Of a stretch of DNA of 39,343 nucleotides, positions 26,015 to 35,838 are shown piece by piece. Both the position numbers and the translations under genes were made by a program. The notes below the pieces were generated by a model. The model was given only the letters and a program-made list of their open reading frames with translations, did no database searches and was not told the DNA's origin. Within the stretch, counting starts at the first letter, position 1. Every line of letters begins with the position of its first letter. Origin of the DNA: an uncultured Alphaproteobacteria bacterium (GTDB taxonomy: Bacteria; Pseudomonadota; Alphaproteobacteria; TMED109); NCBI GenBank assembly GCA_963934475.1, contig CAWVYV010000001.1, positions 1 to 39,343 of the forward strand. The letters run 5' to 3'.

Positions 26015-27223
26015 GTGAAACCTAAATCAAAAAACTTAGAACAGCAAAATTGGTCTATAATATTCGGAGTGTGGCTAATATATTTTTGCTTTGGTATTAC
26101 TGTTGCATCAGTTGCTCCACTTGTTCCATATATAACTAATGATTTAAATATATCTTATAAACAGATGGGTTTAATATTAGGCGCATGGCAGTTTACTTAT
26201 ATATTTTTTGCTATACCTGCAGGTTATATATTAGATAAATATGGACTTAAGGCATCTATATTTATGGCCGCCATGATTTTTACTTTATCACTAATATCTA
26301 GAGGACTTTCAAATAATTTTTACCATATGTGGTTATCGGTTGCTTTGTTTGGTATAGGAGGCCCTTTGATATCAGTTGGAGCTCCCAAAGTTTCTAAATT
26401 ATGGAAAAATCAAAAATACAGATCTATCTCTATGGGAATTTTAGTAACGGGACCACTTTTTGGAGGAATAATATCTCTATCTTTTATTAATTCTATATTT
26501 ATGCCACTCCTAAATAATGACTGGCAAAAAGTCTATTTACTATATAGCTTTGTACCTTTTATTTCAGGATGTATATGGTTAATAATATTTAATAGATATA
26601 AAATATCTTATAAAAAAAATACTCTTAATTTAAACATTAAAAAAAGTTTTATGCAATTTAAGCTTATCATTAAGAAAAAAAGATTTTTAATAATCTTAAT
26701 TTTAGGAACCATTTCAATGTTTTTAGTACATGGGATTGCTGGTTGGTTACCTAAAATCATCTCCTCTAAAGGAATAAATATAAATTTATCTAGCTTATTT
26801 GCTATTATACCAAGTTTTATTGGAATAATAGCTGCATTAATTATTCCTAGGTTTTCTAATAATAAAACAAGAGTAATGATTCTTACAATATTATTTTTAA
26901 ATGCAATCTTTGCATTATTCTTAATTCAATCCCTAACTGTACCTCTGTTTATTTTAGGTCTTATATTACTAGGCATTTCAACTGGTTCACTTATTTCTTT
27001 ATTACTAAATCATTTATCCGAAACTAAAGATATTTCATATAATAATATAGGTATAGCAAGTGGTTTATTTTTTTCAGTAATAGAAATTGGCGGTGTAATT
27101 GGTCCTTTTACAATAGGACTAATATATGATTACTATACAGACTTTAATATTGCTCTGAGCTTTTATGCATTATTAATAACTTTTATGATTATTCCTTTAT
27201 ACATCTTAAATAAGTTAAAATAA
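26015..27223 (+). CDS. MFS transporter
   Basis: 402-aa ORF with a GTG start in the track, about 12 TM helices, and the loop 2-3 motif LDKYGLK. Substrate unknown. Confidence 0.8.
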   Translation: MKPKSKNLEQQNWSIIFGVWLIYFCFGITVASVAPLVPYITNDLNISYKQMGLILGAWQFTYIFFAIPAGYILDKYGLKASIFMAAMIFTLSLISRGLSNNFYHMWLSVALFGIGGPLISVGAPKVSKLWKNQKYRSISMGILVTGPLFGGIISLSFINSIFMPLLNNDWQKVYLLYSFVPFISGCIWLIIFNRYKISYKKNTLNLNIKKSFMQFKLIIKKKRFLIILILGTISMFLVHGIAGWLPKIISSKGININLSSLFAIIPSFIGIIAALIIPRFSNNKTRVMILTILFLNAIFALFLIQSLTVPLFILGLILLGISTGSLISLLLNHLSETKDISYNNIGIASGLFFSVIEIGGVIGPFTIGLIYDYYTDFNIALSFYALLITFMIIPLYILNKLK

Positions 27224-27225
27224 AA

Positions 27226-28668
27226 TTAACTTGGAGACACATATGCCGATAAACCTTTAACATTTTCGTTATATGTTAATTGATGATTACTTGGTGGAAA
27301 TGCCCTTTGCCTACAATCTATTCTTGGACAACTTCTGCAAGATACTCCAACTGGAACAATATTTTCAGAGGAATTTAATAAAACTCTCTCTCCATAAATC
27401 ATTTCACTAGCATCATTTAAACTGCACCCTAAGCCTATAGAGTAAAAACTTTCTGGTGAATCAAAACCACCACTTCTTTTTTGGAAAGCTCTTGCAATAC
27501 AAAAATATTTTTCACCATTTGGCATTATAGAAACCTGAACTTTTATTCTGTCTGGTGTGGTAAATGCAGAATATATATTTAGTCTTGGGCATGCTCCACT
27601 ATATCTAGAAATTGCTATTCCTGAAGCTGAAAATCTTTTAGAAATATTTCCTGCTATATCTACCCTCATCATATGAAAAGGTATGCCTCTCTTCCCGGGT
27701 TTATTTAAAGTAGTAAGTCTATGACAAACCTGTTCAAAACTTACTTGAAATCTATTTTCCAAAACCTCTATATCATATTTAGTAAATAATACTTGTTCAT
27801 AAAAAGTGTCATAAGGTAAAATTATTGCACCTGCAAAATAATTGGATAAAGCTAATCTACCTAATTTTCTTACTTCTCCTTCTTCAATATTGTTATCATC
27901 TAATATTGTATTAATTTCTTTATCAGCCAGTAAAAGGCCCATTTGTTGAGCCACCAAAAATGTCCTACTTGCTTGCGGAAGCCTGTCACTAATAACAAGT
28001 GTTTTAGCAACAGGGTCGTAATAGCGTATTGTATCATGCTTTATTTCAGGAGGTATTGTAGCAACTCTAATATTATGCATTTCTGAGAGGTATTCTGATA
28101 AAGGTACAAATAAATTTATATTTTTAGGTTTATTTAGATTCTTTATAATATTAAAAGCTACTCCTTCTAAAGCAGGAAAATAGTTAGAATTTTTTTGAAT
28201 TAAATCTGAAATTATTTCAGCAGAAATATTACCAGACATTCCTTCAAAATTAGAGTTGCCTCCCTCTTCATCATTTATTCCACTTAATTTATTCTGATTT
28301 GTCTTGTGAATATCATAAAGACGAACAATAGCTCTGGCTATCTCTGGTTGAGAAGAAACTAAATCTTGTACATCATGATTTTTTAAATAATTATCATCAA
28401 AAACTGAATCACTAAAAACTTCCATTACATCTGATAGTAAATTTGAATCATTTTCTTTACCAATATCTGCAAGTTCTATATTGAACTCTTGTGCTAAAAT
28501 AATAAGTATTTTACCAGTAACATTTCTTCTATTATTCTCTATAAGGTTTAAATAAGGTGTTGAAATACCTAAAATAGAAGCTAGTCTCTTCTGAGTGAGA
28601 CTTCTTTCTCTTCTCATTCTTCTAATAGCAGCACCCAGCCTGATGCCTTTTGCATTTGGACTTTTCAT
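27226..28668 (-). CDS. ScfR/RamB-family transcriptional regulator (XRE HTH + ImmA/IrrE-like domain + DUF2083)
   Basis: The track ORF runs to 28719. I prefer the ATG at 28666-28668 (MKSPNAKGIRLGAAIRRMR...), preceded by AAAGG. It has an HTH (LTQKRLASILGISTPYLNLIENNRR) and a C-terminal Cys cluster (CRSCPRIDCRQRAFPP). It is divergent from aceA. Confidence 0.85.
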   Translation of the reverse strand: MKSPNAKGIRLGAAIRRMRRERSLTQKRLASILGISTPYLNLIENNRRNVTGKILIILAQEFNIELADIGKENDSNLLSDVMEVFSDSVFDDNYLKNHDVQDLVSSQPEIARAIVRLYDIHKTNQNKLSGINDEEGGNSNFEGMSGNISAEIISDLIQKNSNYFPALEGVAFNIIKNLNKPKNINLFVPLSEYLSEMHNIRVATIPPEIKHDTIRYYDPVAKTLVISDRLPQASRTFLVAQQMGLLLADKEINTILDDNNIEEGEVRKLGRLALSNYFAGAIILPYDTFYEQVLFTKYDIEVLENRFQVSFEQVCHRLTTLNKPGKRGIPFHMMRVDIAGNISKRFSASGIAISRYSGACPRLNIYSAFTTPDRIKVQVSIMPNGEKYFCIARAFQKRSGGFDSPESFYSIGLGCSLNDASEMIYGERVLLNSSENIVPVGVSCRSCPRIDCRQRAFPPSNHQLTYNENVKGLSAYVSPS

Positions 28669-28680
28669 GAAAAAACCTTT

Positions 28681-28793
28681 TTTGTAAAAATTAACAATAT
28701 TACATAAGTTTACAGTCATAAGTTAACATATTTACAACTTATAGCAATATTTAAGTAGGTTAATAGGCATTTTAAGAGTAAAAAGTTTACAAA
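28681..28793. promoter_or_regulatory. cluster of four TTTACA(AA) motifs in the regulator-aceA divergent promoter (candidate operator sites)
   Basis: TTTACAAA lies on the minus strand at 28681-28688 and on the plus strand at 28786-28793. TTTACA also occurs at 28709-28714 and 28731-28736. AAAAGTTTACAAA (28781-28793) resembles the corynebacterial RamB box A(A/G)AACTTTGCAAA as remembered. Confidence 0.3.
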
Positions 28794-28828
28794 TTACATA
28801 AAATTAACAATCTAAATAGGAAAAATAA

Positions 28829-30193
28829 ATGGACGATGCAAACTTAGAAGGCTTATCACCAAGCACAAATACTACATACGACCCTCATAGTAATGAAAAT
28901 ATTACTTCTAAAACAAATGATAACCATGAATGGGAAGTACCAGCTTGGGCACATAATCGTTGGGCAAACATTAAAAGAGATTATACCAAAGAAGATGTAA
29001 ATAAACTTCAAGGGTCTGTCAAAATTAAACACACATTAGCTGAAAATGGTGCAAAAAAACTATGGGAATTACTTCATAAAGAAGATTATGTTGCTACTTT
29101 GGGTACATACACAGGCAATATGGCTGTGCAACAAGCTAGAGCAGGATTAAAAGCAATATACCTATCTGGATGGCAAGTTGCAGCTGATGCAAATAGTTCA
29201 GGACAAATGTACCCAGACCAAAGTCTATATCCTGTTAATAGTGTTCCAGATATTGTTAAAAGAATTAATTTTGCTTTTCAAAGAGCTGATCAAGTTCAAC
29301 ATATGGAAAAATGTGACAATCTTGAGACTACTGATATAGATTTTTATCTTCCAATTATTGCTGATGCTGAAGCGGGTTTTGGCGGACCATTAAATTGTTT
29401 TGAATTAATGAAAAATATGATTGAATCTGGAGCTGCTGCAGTTCACTTTGAAGACCAACTAGCGTCTGAAAAAAAATGTGGTCACTTAGGAGGCAAAGTT
29501 TTAGTTCCTACTGCAACATTTGAGAGAACATTAAATTCAGCAAGATTAGCTGCAGATGTTTTGGGTGTTCCAACATTAATAATGGCAAGAACAGATGCTG
29601 AAGCAGCTAGGTTAATTACAAGCGATATTGATGAGAGAGATCAAAAATTTTTAACAGGAGAGAGAACATCTGAAGGTTTCTACAGAATGACAGGAGGTAT
29701 AGAATGCGCAATTGCTAGAGGTATTGCATATGCTCCTTATGCTGATTTAGTTTGGTGTGAAACTGCAACTCCTGATCTATCTGAAGCAAGAAAATTTGCT
29801 GAAGCTTTAAAAAAAGAACACCCTGATCAAATGCTAGCATATAATTGCTCTCCTTCATTTAACTGGAAGAAACATTTAGATGAAGCACAAATGAAGGTCT
29901 TTCAAAAAGAAATCGCTGCTATGGGTTATAGATTTCAATTCATTACATTGGCAGGTTTTCATAACCTAAACTACTCAACATTTAAGCTTGCTGAAGCCTA
30001 TAAAAAAAATGGGATGGCAGCCTATTCTGAATTACAACAAAAAGAATTTGGTGCAGAAAAAGATGGGTATTCTGCTACAAAACACCAAAGAGAAGTTGGA
30101 GTTTCTTATTTTGATGCAGTATCTAATGCAGTCACAAGAGGTAAATCTGCAACTACAGCAATGAGTGGCTCAACAGAAACAGATCAGTTTTAA
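28829..30193 (+). CDS. aceA: isocitrate lyase
   Basis: 454-aa ORF with the ICL signature [13 protein letters not shown], plus [20 protein letters not shown] and the C-terminal GSTETDQF. Collinear with E. coli AceA, with a roughly 20-aa N-terminal extension. Confidence 0.95.
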   Translation: MDDANLEGLSPSTNTTYDPHSNENITSKTNDNHEWEVPAWAHNRWANIKRDYTKEDVNKLQGSVKIKHTLAENGAKKLWELLHKEDYVATLGTYTGNMAVQQARAGLKAIYLSGWQVAADANSSGQMYPDQSLYPVNSVPDIVKRINFAFQRADQVQHMEKCDNLETTDIDFYLPIIADAEAGFGGPLNCFELMKNMIESGAAAVHFEDQLASEKKCGHLGGKVLVPTATFERTLNSARLAADVLGVPTLIMARTDAEAARLITSDIDERDQKFLTGERTSEGFYRMTGGIECAIARGIAYAPYADLVWCETATPDLSEARKFAEALKKEHPDQMLAYNCSPSFNWKKHLDEAQMKVFQKEIAAMGYRFQFITLAGFHNLNYSTFKLAEAYKKNGMAAYSELQQKEFGAEKDGYSATKHQREVGVSYFDAVSNAVTRGKSATTAMSGSTETDQF

Positions 30194-30202
30194 TCTTCCC
30201 CC

Positions 30203-30236
30203 ATTGTTGGAGAAAATATTACTATTCTCTAACAAT
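30203..30236 (+). terminator. stem-loop downstream of aceA (11 bp stem with one G-U)
   Basis: ATTGTTGGAGA (30203-30213) pairs with TCTCTAACAAT (30226-30236). It starts 10 nt after the aceA stop. There is no clear U-tract. Confidence 0.3.
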
Positions 30237-30240
30237 ATAT

Positions 30241-30269
30241 TATAAGGAGTAATTTAATTGCTCCTTATA
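30241..30269 (+). terminator. second stem-loop downstream of aceA (perfect 9 bp stem)
   Basis: TATAAGGAG (30241-30249) pairs with CTCCTTATA (30261-30269), followed by ATTGCTTTT. This is one of the very few intergenic hairpins in the window. Confidence 0.4.
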
Positions 30270-30334
30270 ATTGCTTTTGACGCAGAGCAAATAACTTTAT
30301 ATAACTTCTTATAAGTAAATTAAGGAATAAATAT

Positions 30335-31321
30335 ATGTTTAATTCATTAGTCTTAAATAAAACAGATGATCAAAAAGCTACAGGAAAAGTTGAAGTAATA
30401 ACAGTTTCTGATTTACCTGAAGGTGATGTTTTAATAAATATTGATTACTCAACTATTAATTATAAAGATGCACTAGCAATTACATCCTCATCTCCAATAA
30501 TCAAGAATTACCCTATGGTGCCAGGTATTGATTTTTCTGGAACAGTAGAAGAAACCTCAAATAATAATTTCAAGATTGGCGACAAAGTCATACTTAATGG
30601 TTTTGGAGTTGGAGAAAAATACTGGGGAGGATTATCACAAAAAGCTCGAGTAAATGGTAATTGGCTAGTTAAACTTCCTGAAAAATTTACAACTAAACAA
30701 GCTATGGCTATTGGAACTGCAGGATATACTGCAATGTTATGTGTATTAGCTTTAGAAAAAAATGGCGTAACACCTGAAAAAGGCGAAATATTAGTAACTG
30801 GTGCTACAGGAGGCGTTGGAAGTGTCGCAATATCATTATTAGCAAAACTAGGCTACAACGTAACAGCCTCTTCTGGTAGAGCTATTCATAGCGAATACCT
30901 AAAGTCCTTGGGTGCAAAAACTGTAATAGATAGAAAAGAATTATCTGAAAAAGGGAGACCATTAGGCAAAGAAATATGGGCAGGAGCCATAGATTCCGTT
31001 GGAAGTCATACATTAGCTAATATATGCGCTTCTATAAAATATGGAGGAACTGTTGCTGCATGTGGTTTAGCTCAAGGTTATGATTTACCTACTACTGTAA
31101 TGCCTTTTATCTTAAGAAATGTCACTTTAGCTGGAGTAGATAGTGTGTATTGCCCAATAGAAGAAAGAACAGTGGCATGGGAAAGATTAGCTCAAGACTT
31201 AAACTTGGCTCATCTTGACAGTATGATTACAACAATTGCCCTTTCTGAAGTTGTTAGCACTGCAAACAACATGCTTTCAGGAAAAACTCACGGCAGAATA
31301 CTTGTAGATGTTAATGCATAA
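30335..31321 (+). CDS. acuI: acrylyl-CoA reductase (NADPH), AcuI/YhdH family MDR
   Basis: 328-aa ORF. The N-terminus MFNSLVLNK...VSDLPEGDVLINIDYSTINYKDALAIT...YPMVPGIDFSGTVEE closely follows the YhdH/AcuI pattern, and it has GATGGVGSVAISLLAKLGY. Confidence 0.8.
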   Translation: MFNSLVLNKTDDQKATGKVEVITVSDLPEGDVLINIDYSTINYKDALAITSSSPIIKNYPMVPGIDFSGTVEETSNNNFKIGDKVILNGFGVGEKYWGGLSQKARVNGNWLVKLPEKFTTKQAMAIGTAGYTAMLCVLALEKNGVTPEKGEILVTGATGGVGSVAISLLAKLGYNVTASSGRAIHSEYLKSLGAKTVIDRKELSEKGRPLGKEIWAGAIDSVGSHTLANICASIKYGGTVAACGLAQGYDLPTTVMPFILRNVTLAGVDSVYCPIEERTVAWERLAQDLNLAHLDSMITTIALSEVVSTANNMLSGKTHGRILVDVNA

Positions 31322-31325
31322 ATAT

Positions 31326-32048
31326 TTATTGATTAATAATAAGCTTTTGCTTCCTATTGCCATCTAAATAATCTGCATTTAATACTTTCAACTCTTCATC
31401 TAAGTTTATTACAAGTGGATTACCTGTAGGTATTTCTAATTCATTAATTTTTTCATTAGAAATGTTAAAAAGTTTTTTACACAAGGCTCTTAAAGAATTG
31501 CCATGCGCAGCAATAATTATGTTTTTGCCCTCAATAACCTTTGGTTTAATATTTAAATCAAAATAAGGTATGACTCTATCATAAGTATCTTTTAATGACT
31601 CTGTATTTGGAACAAACTTAGAATCAAGATTATTATAAATCTCATCTGACCTAGGGTTGAATTTATTATCTTTATCTAGTTCTGGTGGAGCAATATCCCA
31701 AGACCTCCTATAGATTTTAATTTGATCTTCCCCTAATTTTTCTTTCATTTCTGATTTGTTTAATCCAGTCAAATTTCCATAATGCCTCTCATTAAATTCC
31801 CATGATTTAATTATATTAATATTTTCTAATGACATATTTTTAAGAATAATTTTTAAAGTATTTTTAGCTCGTTTTAGATAAGATGTATAAGCATGATCAA
31901 TATTAATGTTTTCAGCTATTAATAACTCTCCTGCTTTTTTAGCTTCCAATATACCATTATCAGATAGCTCTACATCGTACCAACCCGTAAAACGATTTTC
32001 AAGATTCCATGTACTCTGTCCATGACGCACTAAAATTAATTTGCTCAT
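31326..32048 (-). CDS. gpmA: 2,3-bisphosphoglycerate-dependent phosphoglycerate mutase
   Basis: 240-aa ORF with LILVRHGQSTWNLENRFTGW, the ERHYG motif and AAHGNSLRAL. Confidence 0.9.
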   Translation of the reverse strand: MSKLILVRHGQSTWNLENRFTGWYDVELSDNGILEAKKAGELLIAENINIDHAYTSYLKRAKNTLKIILKNMSLENINIIKSWEFNERHYGNLTGLNKSEMKEKLGEDQIKIYRRSWDIAPPELDKDNKFNPRSDEIYNNLDSKFVPNTESLKDTYDRVIPYFDLNIKPKVIEGKNIIIAAHGNSLRALCKKLFNISNEKINELEIPTGNPLVINLDEELKVLNADYLDGNRKQKLIINQ

Positions 32049-32141
32049 AAATATTTTCCTATTAAAACCATATTTGGTATTTTTAATAACATGCTTTATA
32101 CTAAAGACAATAGCCTTAAATAAACCAATACTTATGGTTTT

Positions 32142-32936
32142 TTAATGCCCTTTAAAAACAGGCTTTCTTTTTTCTGAAAAAGCTAAACGTCCTTCTTCAT
32201 AATCCTTACTAGAAAAACAAATTGCTTCAAACTCCTTACATTTTTTATACAAATCTTTATCCTCTATATCTGCATCAATAGCTAACTTTGCAGAAGCTAT
32301 TGTTAAAGGAGCATTACCTATAATAGTATTTAATACTTGCATAACACCTTCTTTAAAATCTTTTTCCTTAAAAATTTGTTCTATAATGCCCATTTGGATT
32401 GCTTCAGTTGATGAAAATTGTCTCGCAGTAAAAAAAATATACTTGGCGCGAGATGGACCAATTAGATCTCTCAATTTTTTTATTCCTAAATAATCATAAG
32501 CTAACCCTAATTTAGCTGCAGGAATTGCAAATGTACTTTTTTCAGATGCTATACGAACATCACAAGAAAGTGCTGTTGCTAACCCTCCTCCAATGCAATA
32601 GCCATTAATAATTGCTATTGTAGGTTTAGGAAAATTTTGCAAAATATTAAGAGTTGTTTTTGAAACATTATCATATAGTAAAACAGCTTCTTCTAGTGAT
32701 CTATTGTCATTAAATTCAGATATATCTGCACCAGCTGAAAAAGCTTTTTCACCATTACCTGTCATAACAACACACCTAATGTCTTTATTTTTTTTATATT
32801 CCTCTAATGTGGTTCCAATTTTTTCCCACATAGAAAATGATATTGCATTTAATTTTGAAGGGTTATCTAAAACTATATATCCTACTCTGTTCTCTATATA
32901 GGAATTAATGCTTCCAGCTAGTTTTTTACTACTCAT
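32142..32936 (-). CDS. enoyl-CoA hydratase/isomerase (crotonase family)
   Basis: 264-aa ORF with GNGEKAFSAGADI, NGYCIGGGLATALSCDVRIA and EGRLAFSEKRKP. Its ATG overlaps the CoA-transferase stop (ATGA at 32933-32936). Confidence 0.85.
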   Translation of the reverse strand: MSSKKLAGSINSYIENRVGYIVLDNPSKLNAISFSMWEKIGTTLEEYKKNKDIRCVVMTGNGEKAFSAGADISEFNDNRSLEEAVLLYDNVSKTTLNILQNFPKPTIAIINGYCIGGGLATALSCDVRIASEKSTFAIPAAKLGLAYDYLGIKKLRDLIGPSRAKYIFFTARQFSSTEAIQMGIIEQIFKEKDFKEGVMQVLNTIIGNAPLTIASAKLAIDADIEDKDLYKKCKEFEAICFSSKDYEEGRLAFSEKRKPVFKGH

Positions 32937-34111
32937 ATTATTCTCTCCATTTTAAATTTTTTAATTTTATCTTTACTATAACCAAGCTCATTTAAAATTA
33001 TATCCGTATGCTCGCCTTTATTTGGCGCTGCTGTTTTAATCTTACTAGGTGTTCTACTAAGCTTCATAGCTTGGCCAACTAATTTTATTTTTCCTAATTT
33101 GGGATGCACAACTGTTTGAGCAATTTTTGAATGCATTATCTGAGGGTCATCAAAAACTTCTTTAATATTATTAATCGGGCCACAAGGTATACTTGCTTCA
33201 TTTAACCTTATTATCCATTCCTCCTTAGTATTTTTTGATAAAGCATTATTAATAATATCTGTAAGCTTTTTTCTATTATTAGTGCGGGCTATATCATCCT
33301 CAAAATCTTTATCGTCTAAAGACTTTCGAATATTTAATACATTACATAATCGTCTCCACATAGCCTCACCAGTAGATGCTATATTAATATACCCATCTGC
33401 AGCATTATATGTTCCCATAGGTGTCATGGTAGGGTGATTATTGCCTGTTTGTCCGGCTATTTCATTAGACACTAAATAACGAGACGCTTGAAAATCTAAC
33501 ATAGATACTTGTGACTCAAGCAAAGAAGCGCTAACAAATTGCCCTCTTCCCGACCTTTCACGTTCGTACAAAGCAGTTAAAATTCCTAATGCACAATGTA
33601 AACCTGCACTTAAATCTGCAACTGGAATGCCTACTCTTAAAGGCCCTTGATCTTTAAACCCAGTTACAGACATTAAACCACCCATACCTTGAGCCACCTG
33701 GTCATATCCAGGAAGGTCTGCGTATGGACCACTTTGCCCAAACCCTGAAATACTAGCGTAGATCAAACGGGGGTTTATTTTTTCTAAAACTTCATAATTA
33801 ATACCGAGTCTTTTCTTTACTTTAGGGCGAAAGTTTTCAACCAATATATCCGCCTTAATAATTAGTTTTTTTAATATTTTTATGCCTTCTATACTTTTTA
33901 AATTAAGCGTTATACTTCTTTTATTTCTGTGTAAATTTTGAAAATCTGACCCTTCTCTTCTGCCACCTAGATCTTGGCTACCATCTATACTATCAGGAGG
34001 CTCTATTTTAATTACATCAGCACCCCAATCAGCAAACTGTCTAACTGCAGATGGTCCAGACCTAACTCTAGTTAGGTCTATTAATTTAAGTCCTTGTAAA
34101 GCTTCTTCCAT
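32933..34111 (-). CDS. family III CoA-transferase (CaiB/BaiF/Frc type)
   Basis: 392-aa ORF with LKLIDLTRVRSGPSAVRQFADWGADVIKIEPP, VENFRP and the family-typical Asp in GIPVADL. Confidence 0.9.
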   Translation of the reverse strand: MEEALQGLKLIDLTRVRSGPSAVRQFADWGADVIKIEPPDSIDGSQDLGGRREGSDFQNLHRNKRSITLNLKSIEGIKILKKLIIKADILVENFRPKVKKRLGINYEVLEKINPRLIYASISGFGQSGPYADLPGYDQVAQGMGGLMSVTGFKDQGPLRVGIPVADLSAGLHCALGILTALYERERSGRGQFVSASLLESQVSMLDFQASRYLVSNEIAGQTGNNHPTMTPMGTYNAADGYINIASTGEAMWRRLCNVLNIRKSLDDKDFEDDIARTNNRKKLTDIINNALSKNTKEEWIIRLNEASIPCGPINNIKEVFDDPQIMHSKIAQTVVHPKLGKIKLVGQAMKLSRTPSKIKTAAPNKGEHTDIILNELGYSKDKIKKFKMERII

Positions 34112-34181
34112 AACTATATATATACACTCACATTAAAATAATTTACAACAAACTATATCATTATTTATAAGGCAAATAAAT

Positions 34182-34556
34182 TTGGAACACTTGTTAGAAA
34201 TATGGCTATTTAATGAAAATGCACACCTAAAAGGTATGGCATTTGGCTTAGTCCATTCATCTATTATGCTTTTAGGGTATTACAGTGGTTGGAGTATAAA
34301 TAGATTTTTTAAAATTATTTCTAATGGTTATATAGCAGGCATTATAGGAGCAGCATTATCTCATATTATTGCAGATATTTTAGCATCTTTAATAGACCCT
34401 CATCTTAGATCAGCAGTTTATGGAATTGCTCTTGGCGGAATTATTCCTCTTTTAACAATTCCTATTTTAGAAAGATGGATTATTAAAAGTAAGCACCATA
34501 TTGTAGTTGGTGACCATGAAGATATTGAAAAAGATATCAAATTAAAACATAAGTAA
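34182..34556 (+). CDS. small polytopic membrane protein with His-rich C-terminal tail, unknown function
   Basis: 124-aa ORF with a TTG start in the track; an ATG at 34236 (MAFGLVHSS...) is an alternative. Three hydrophobic helices and the tail KSKHHIVVGDHEDIEKDIKLKHK. No family recognised. Confidence 0.5.
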   Translation: MEHLLEIWLFNENAHLKGMAFGLVHSSIMLLGYYSGWSINRFFKIISNGYIAGIIGAALSHIIADILASLIDPHLRSAVYGIALGGIIPLLTIPILERWIIKSKHHIVVGDHEDIEKDIKLKHK

Positions 34557-34639
34557 ATTTCTTCCTACTCACCACTAAAGAATGTTGCTATTTATTTTTA
34601 TTTAATAGACACTGGTTTTTTAGGTAAATGGACGTCTGA

Positions 34640-35833
34640 ATGAAAATCATAACAAAGATATTTTTTTTTAACTTATTATTAATAATTTTATTACAAAAAA
34701 CATCTAATGCAGAACGCCTTGCAATTTTAAATTGGGAAACTAAGGCACCAGAGTCTCTTGATAGCTTATCTCTTTCTAAAATTAAAGGTAGAGAAGAAGG
34801 TATAGCAATTATCGAACTTGATAAAAACAGTAAAGACTATGGGAAAATCCTATCTAATATTCCAGTAGATCCAAGCTTAGTTCTACACCATATTTTTTAT
34901 AATCAAGACTTAACTAAGGCATATATAACTGCATTAGAAGGAAACAACCTTTATTATATTAACCTTAAAGATAAGGTTTGGAGACTAAGAGAAATACCTG
35001 TGCCTATGTGCAAAGTTCAAGAAAATATAATTTTTTCAAATAATAATAAAAAGTGGTGGTTAACATGCATGGGATCATCAAATATCATAGAAGGTAATGC
35101 AGAAAATGATACGATAGTTAAAGTAATACATATTCCTAATTCTTACCCTCATGGAATAACTTTAAATGAAGATATTGACAGATTACTTGTTGCAAATTGT
35201 GTAGCTCCAGATATGAGCAGTGCAGGCAAAACTATTGAAGTTATTGAAGCATCTACCGGCAAGCATTTGGAAAGTATAATAATATCAAGAGGAACACTAA
35301 ATGCACCAGTAGAAGTTGTATTCATTCCAAAAACAAACCCTCCAATTGCTTATGCTACGACTATGATGGAAAATAGTTTATGGGCATTAAAATGGGATAA
35401 TAATTTAAAATCATTTATAACAAAAGAAGTTTTTGATTTTAGAAAAAATGATAAGTCTCTTATGCCACTTGAAATATATTATAATAACAATACTACTAGG
35501 GCCTACATAACTTCTGCTGATCCAGGTGGTATTCATATTTTTGATATATCTAAAGACAAGATGAATCCTACTTTAATTAAAAGCCTAAAAACAGCAGGAG
35601 GTTCCCACCATGTAGCAATAAGTAAAAATGAAAATTTTGCTTATGTACAAAACGGCTTATTAAATATACCTGGAATCAATGATGGATCTATATCAGTTAT
35701 TGATTTAGATAAACTAGAAGTCATAGATTCTATTGATACATTTAAAAAAGATGGCAAAGTACCTAATTCAATCACATTACTACCCGAATGGTACAATCCT
35801 GCTGGTCACATAAATAATGGCTTATTAGATTAA
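34640..35833 (+). CDS. secreted beta-propeller protein, selenium-binding protein (SBP56) / methanethiol oxidase (MtoX)-like
   Basis: 397-aa ORF with the Sec signal MKIITKIFFFNLLLIILLQKTSNA|ER. Four blocks align by eye with SELENBP1 as remembered (details in findings). Propeller-like repeats throughout. Confidence 0.55.
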   Translation: MKIITKIFFFNLLLIILLQKTSNAERLAILNWETKAPESLDSLSLSKIKGREEGIAIIELDKNSKDYGKILSNIPVDPSLVLHHIFYNQDLTKAYITALEGNNLYYINLKDKVWRLREIPVPMCKVQENIIFSNNNKKWWLTCMGSSNIIEGNAENDTIVKVIHIPNSYPHGITLNEDIDRLLVANCVAPDMSSAGKTIEVIEASTGKHLESIIISRGTLNAPVEVVFIPKTNPPIAYATTMMENSLWALKWDNNLKSFITKEVFDFRKNDKSLMPLEIYYNNNTTRAYITSADPGGIHIFDISKDKMNPTLIKSLKTAGGSHHVAISKNENFAYVQNGLLNIPGINDGSISVIDLDKLEVIDSIDTFKKDGKVPNSITLLPEWYNPAGHINNGLLD

Positions 35834-35838
35834 GATAT

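Noticed and set aside
28829-28900. N-terminal extension of about 20 aa, rich in Asn/Thr/Ser, on isocitrate lyase relative to E. coli AceA.
   Set aside because: No alternative downstream start codon exists before the conserved core. N-terminal length variation is common in ICLs, so this is not informative on its own.
32064-32141. 9-bp inverted repeat AAAACCATA / TATGGTTTT bracketing the whole crotonase-gpmA spacer, considered as a possible RNA stem or processing site.
   Set aside because: My rough estimate is that about one such pair is expected among the spacers of this window by chance, and there is no supporting inner structure.
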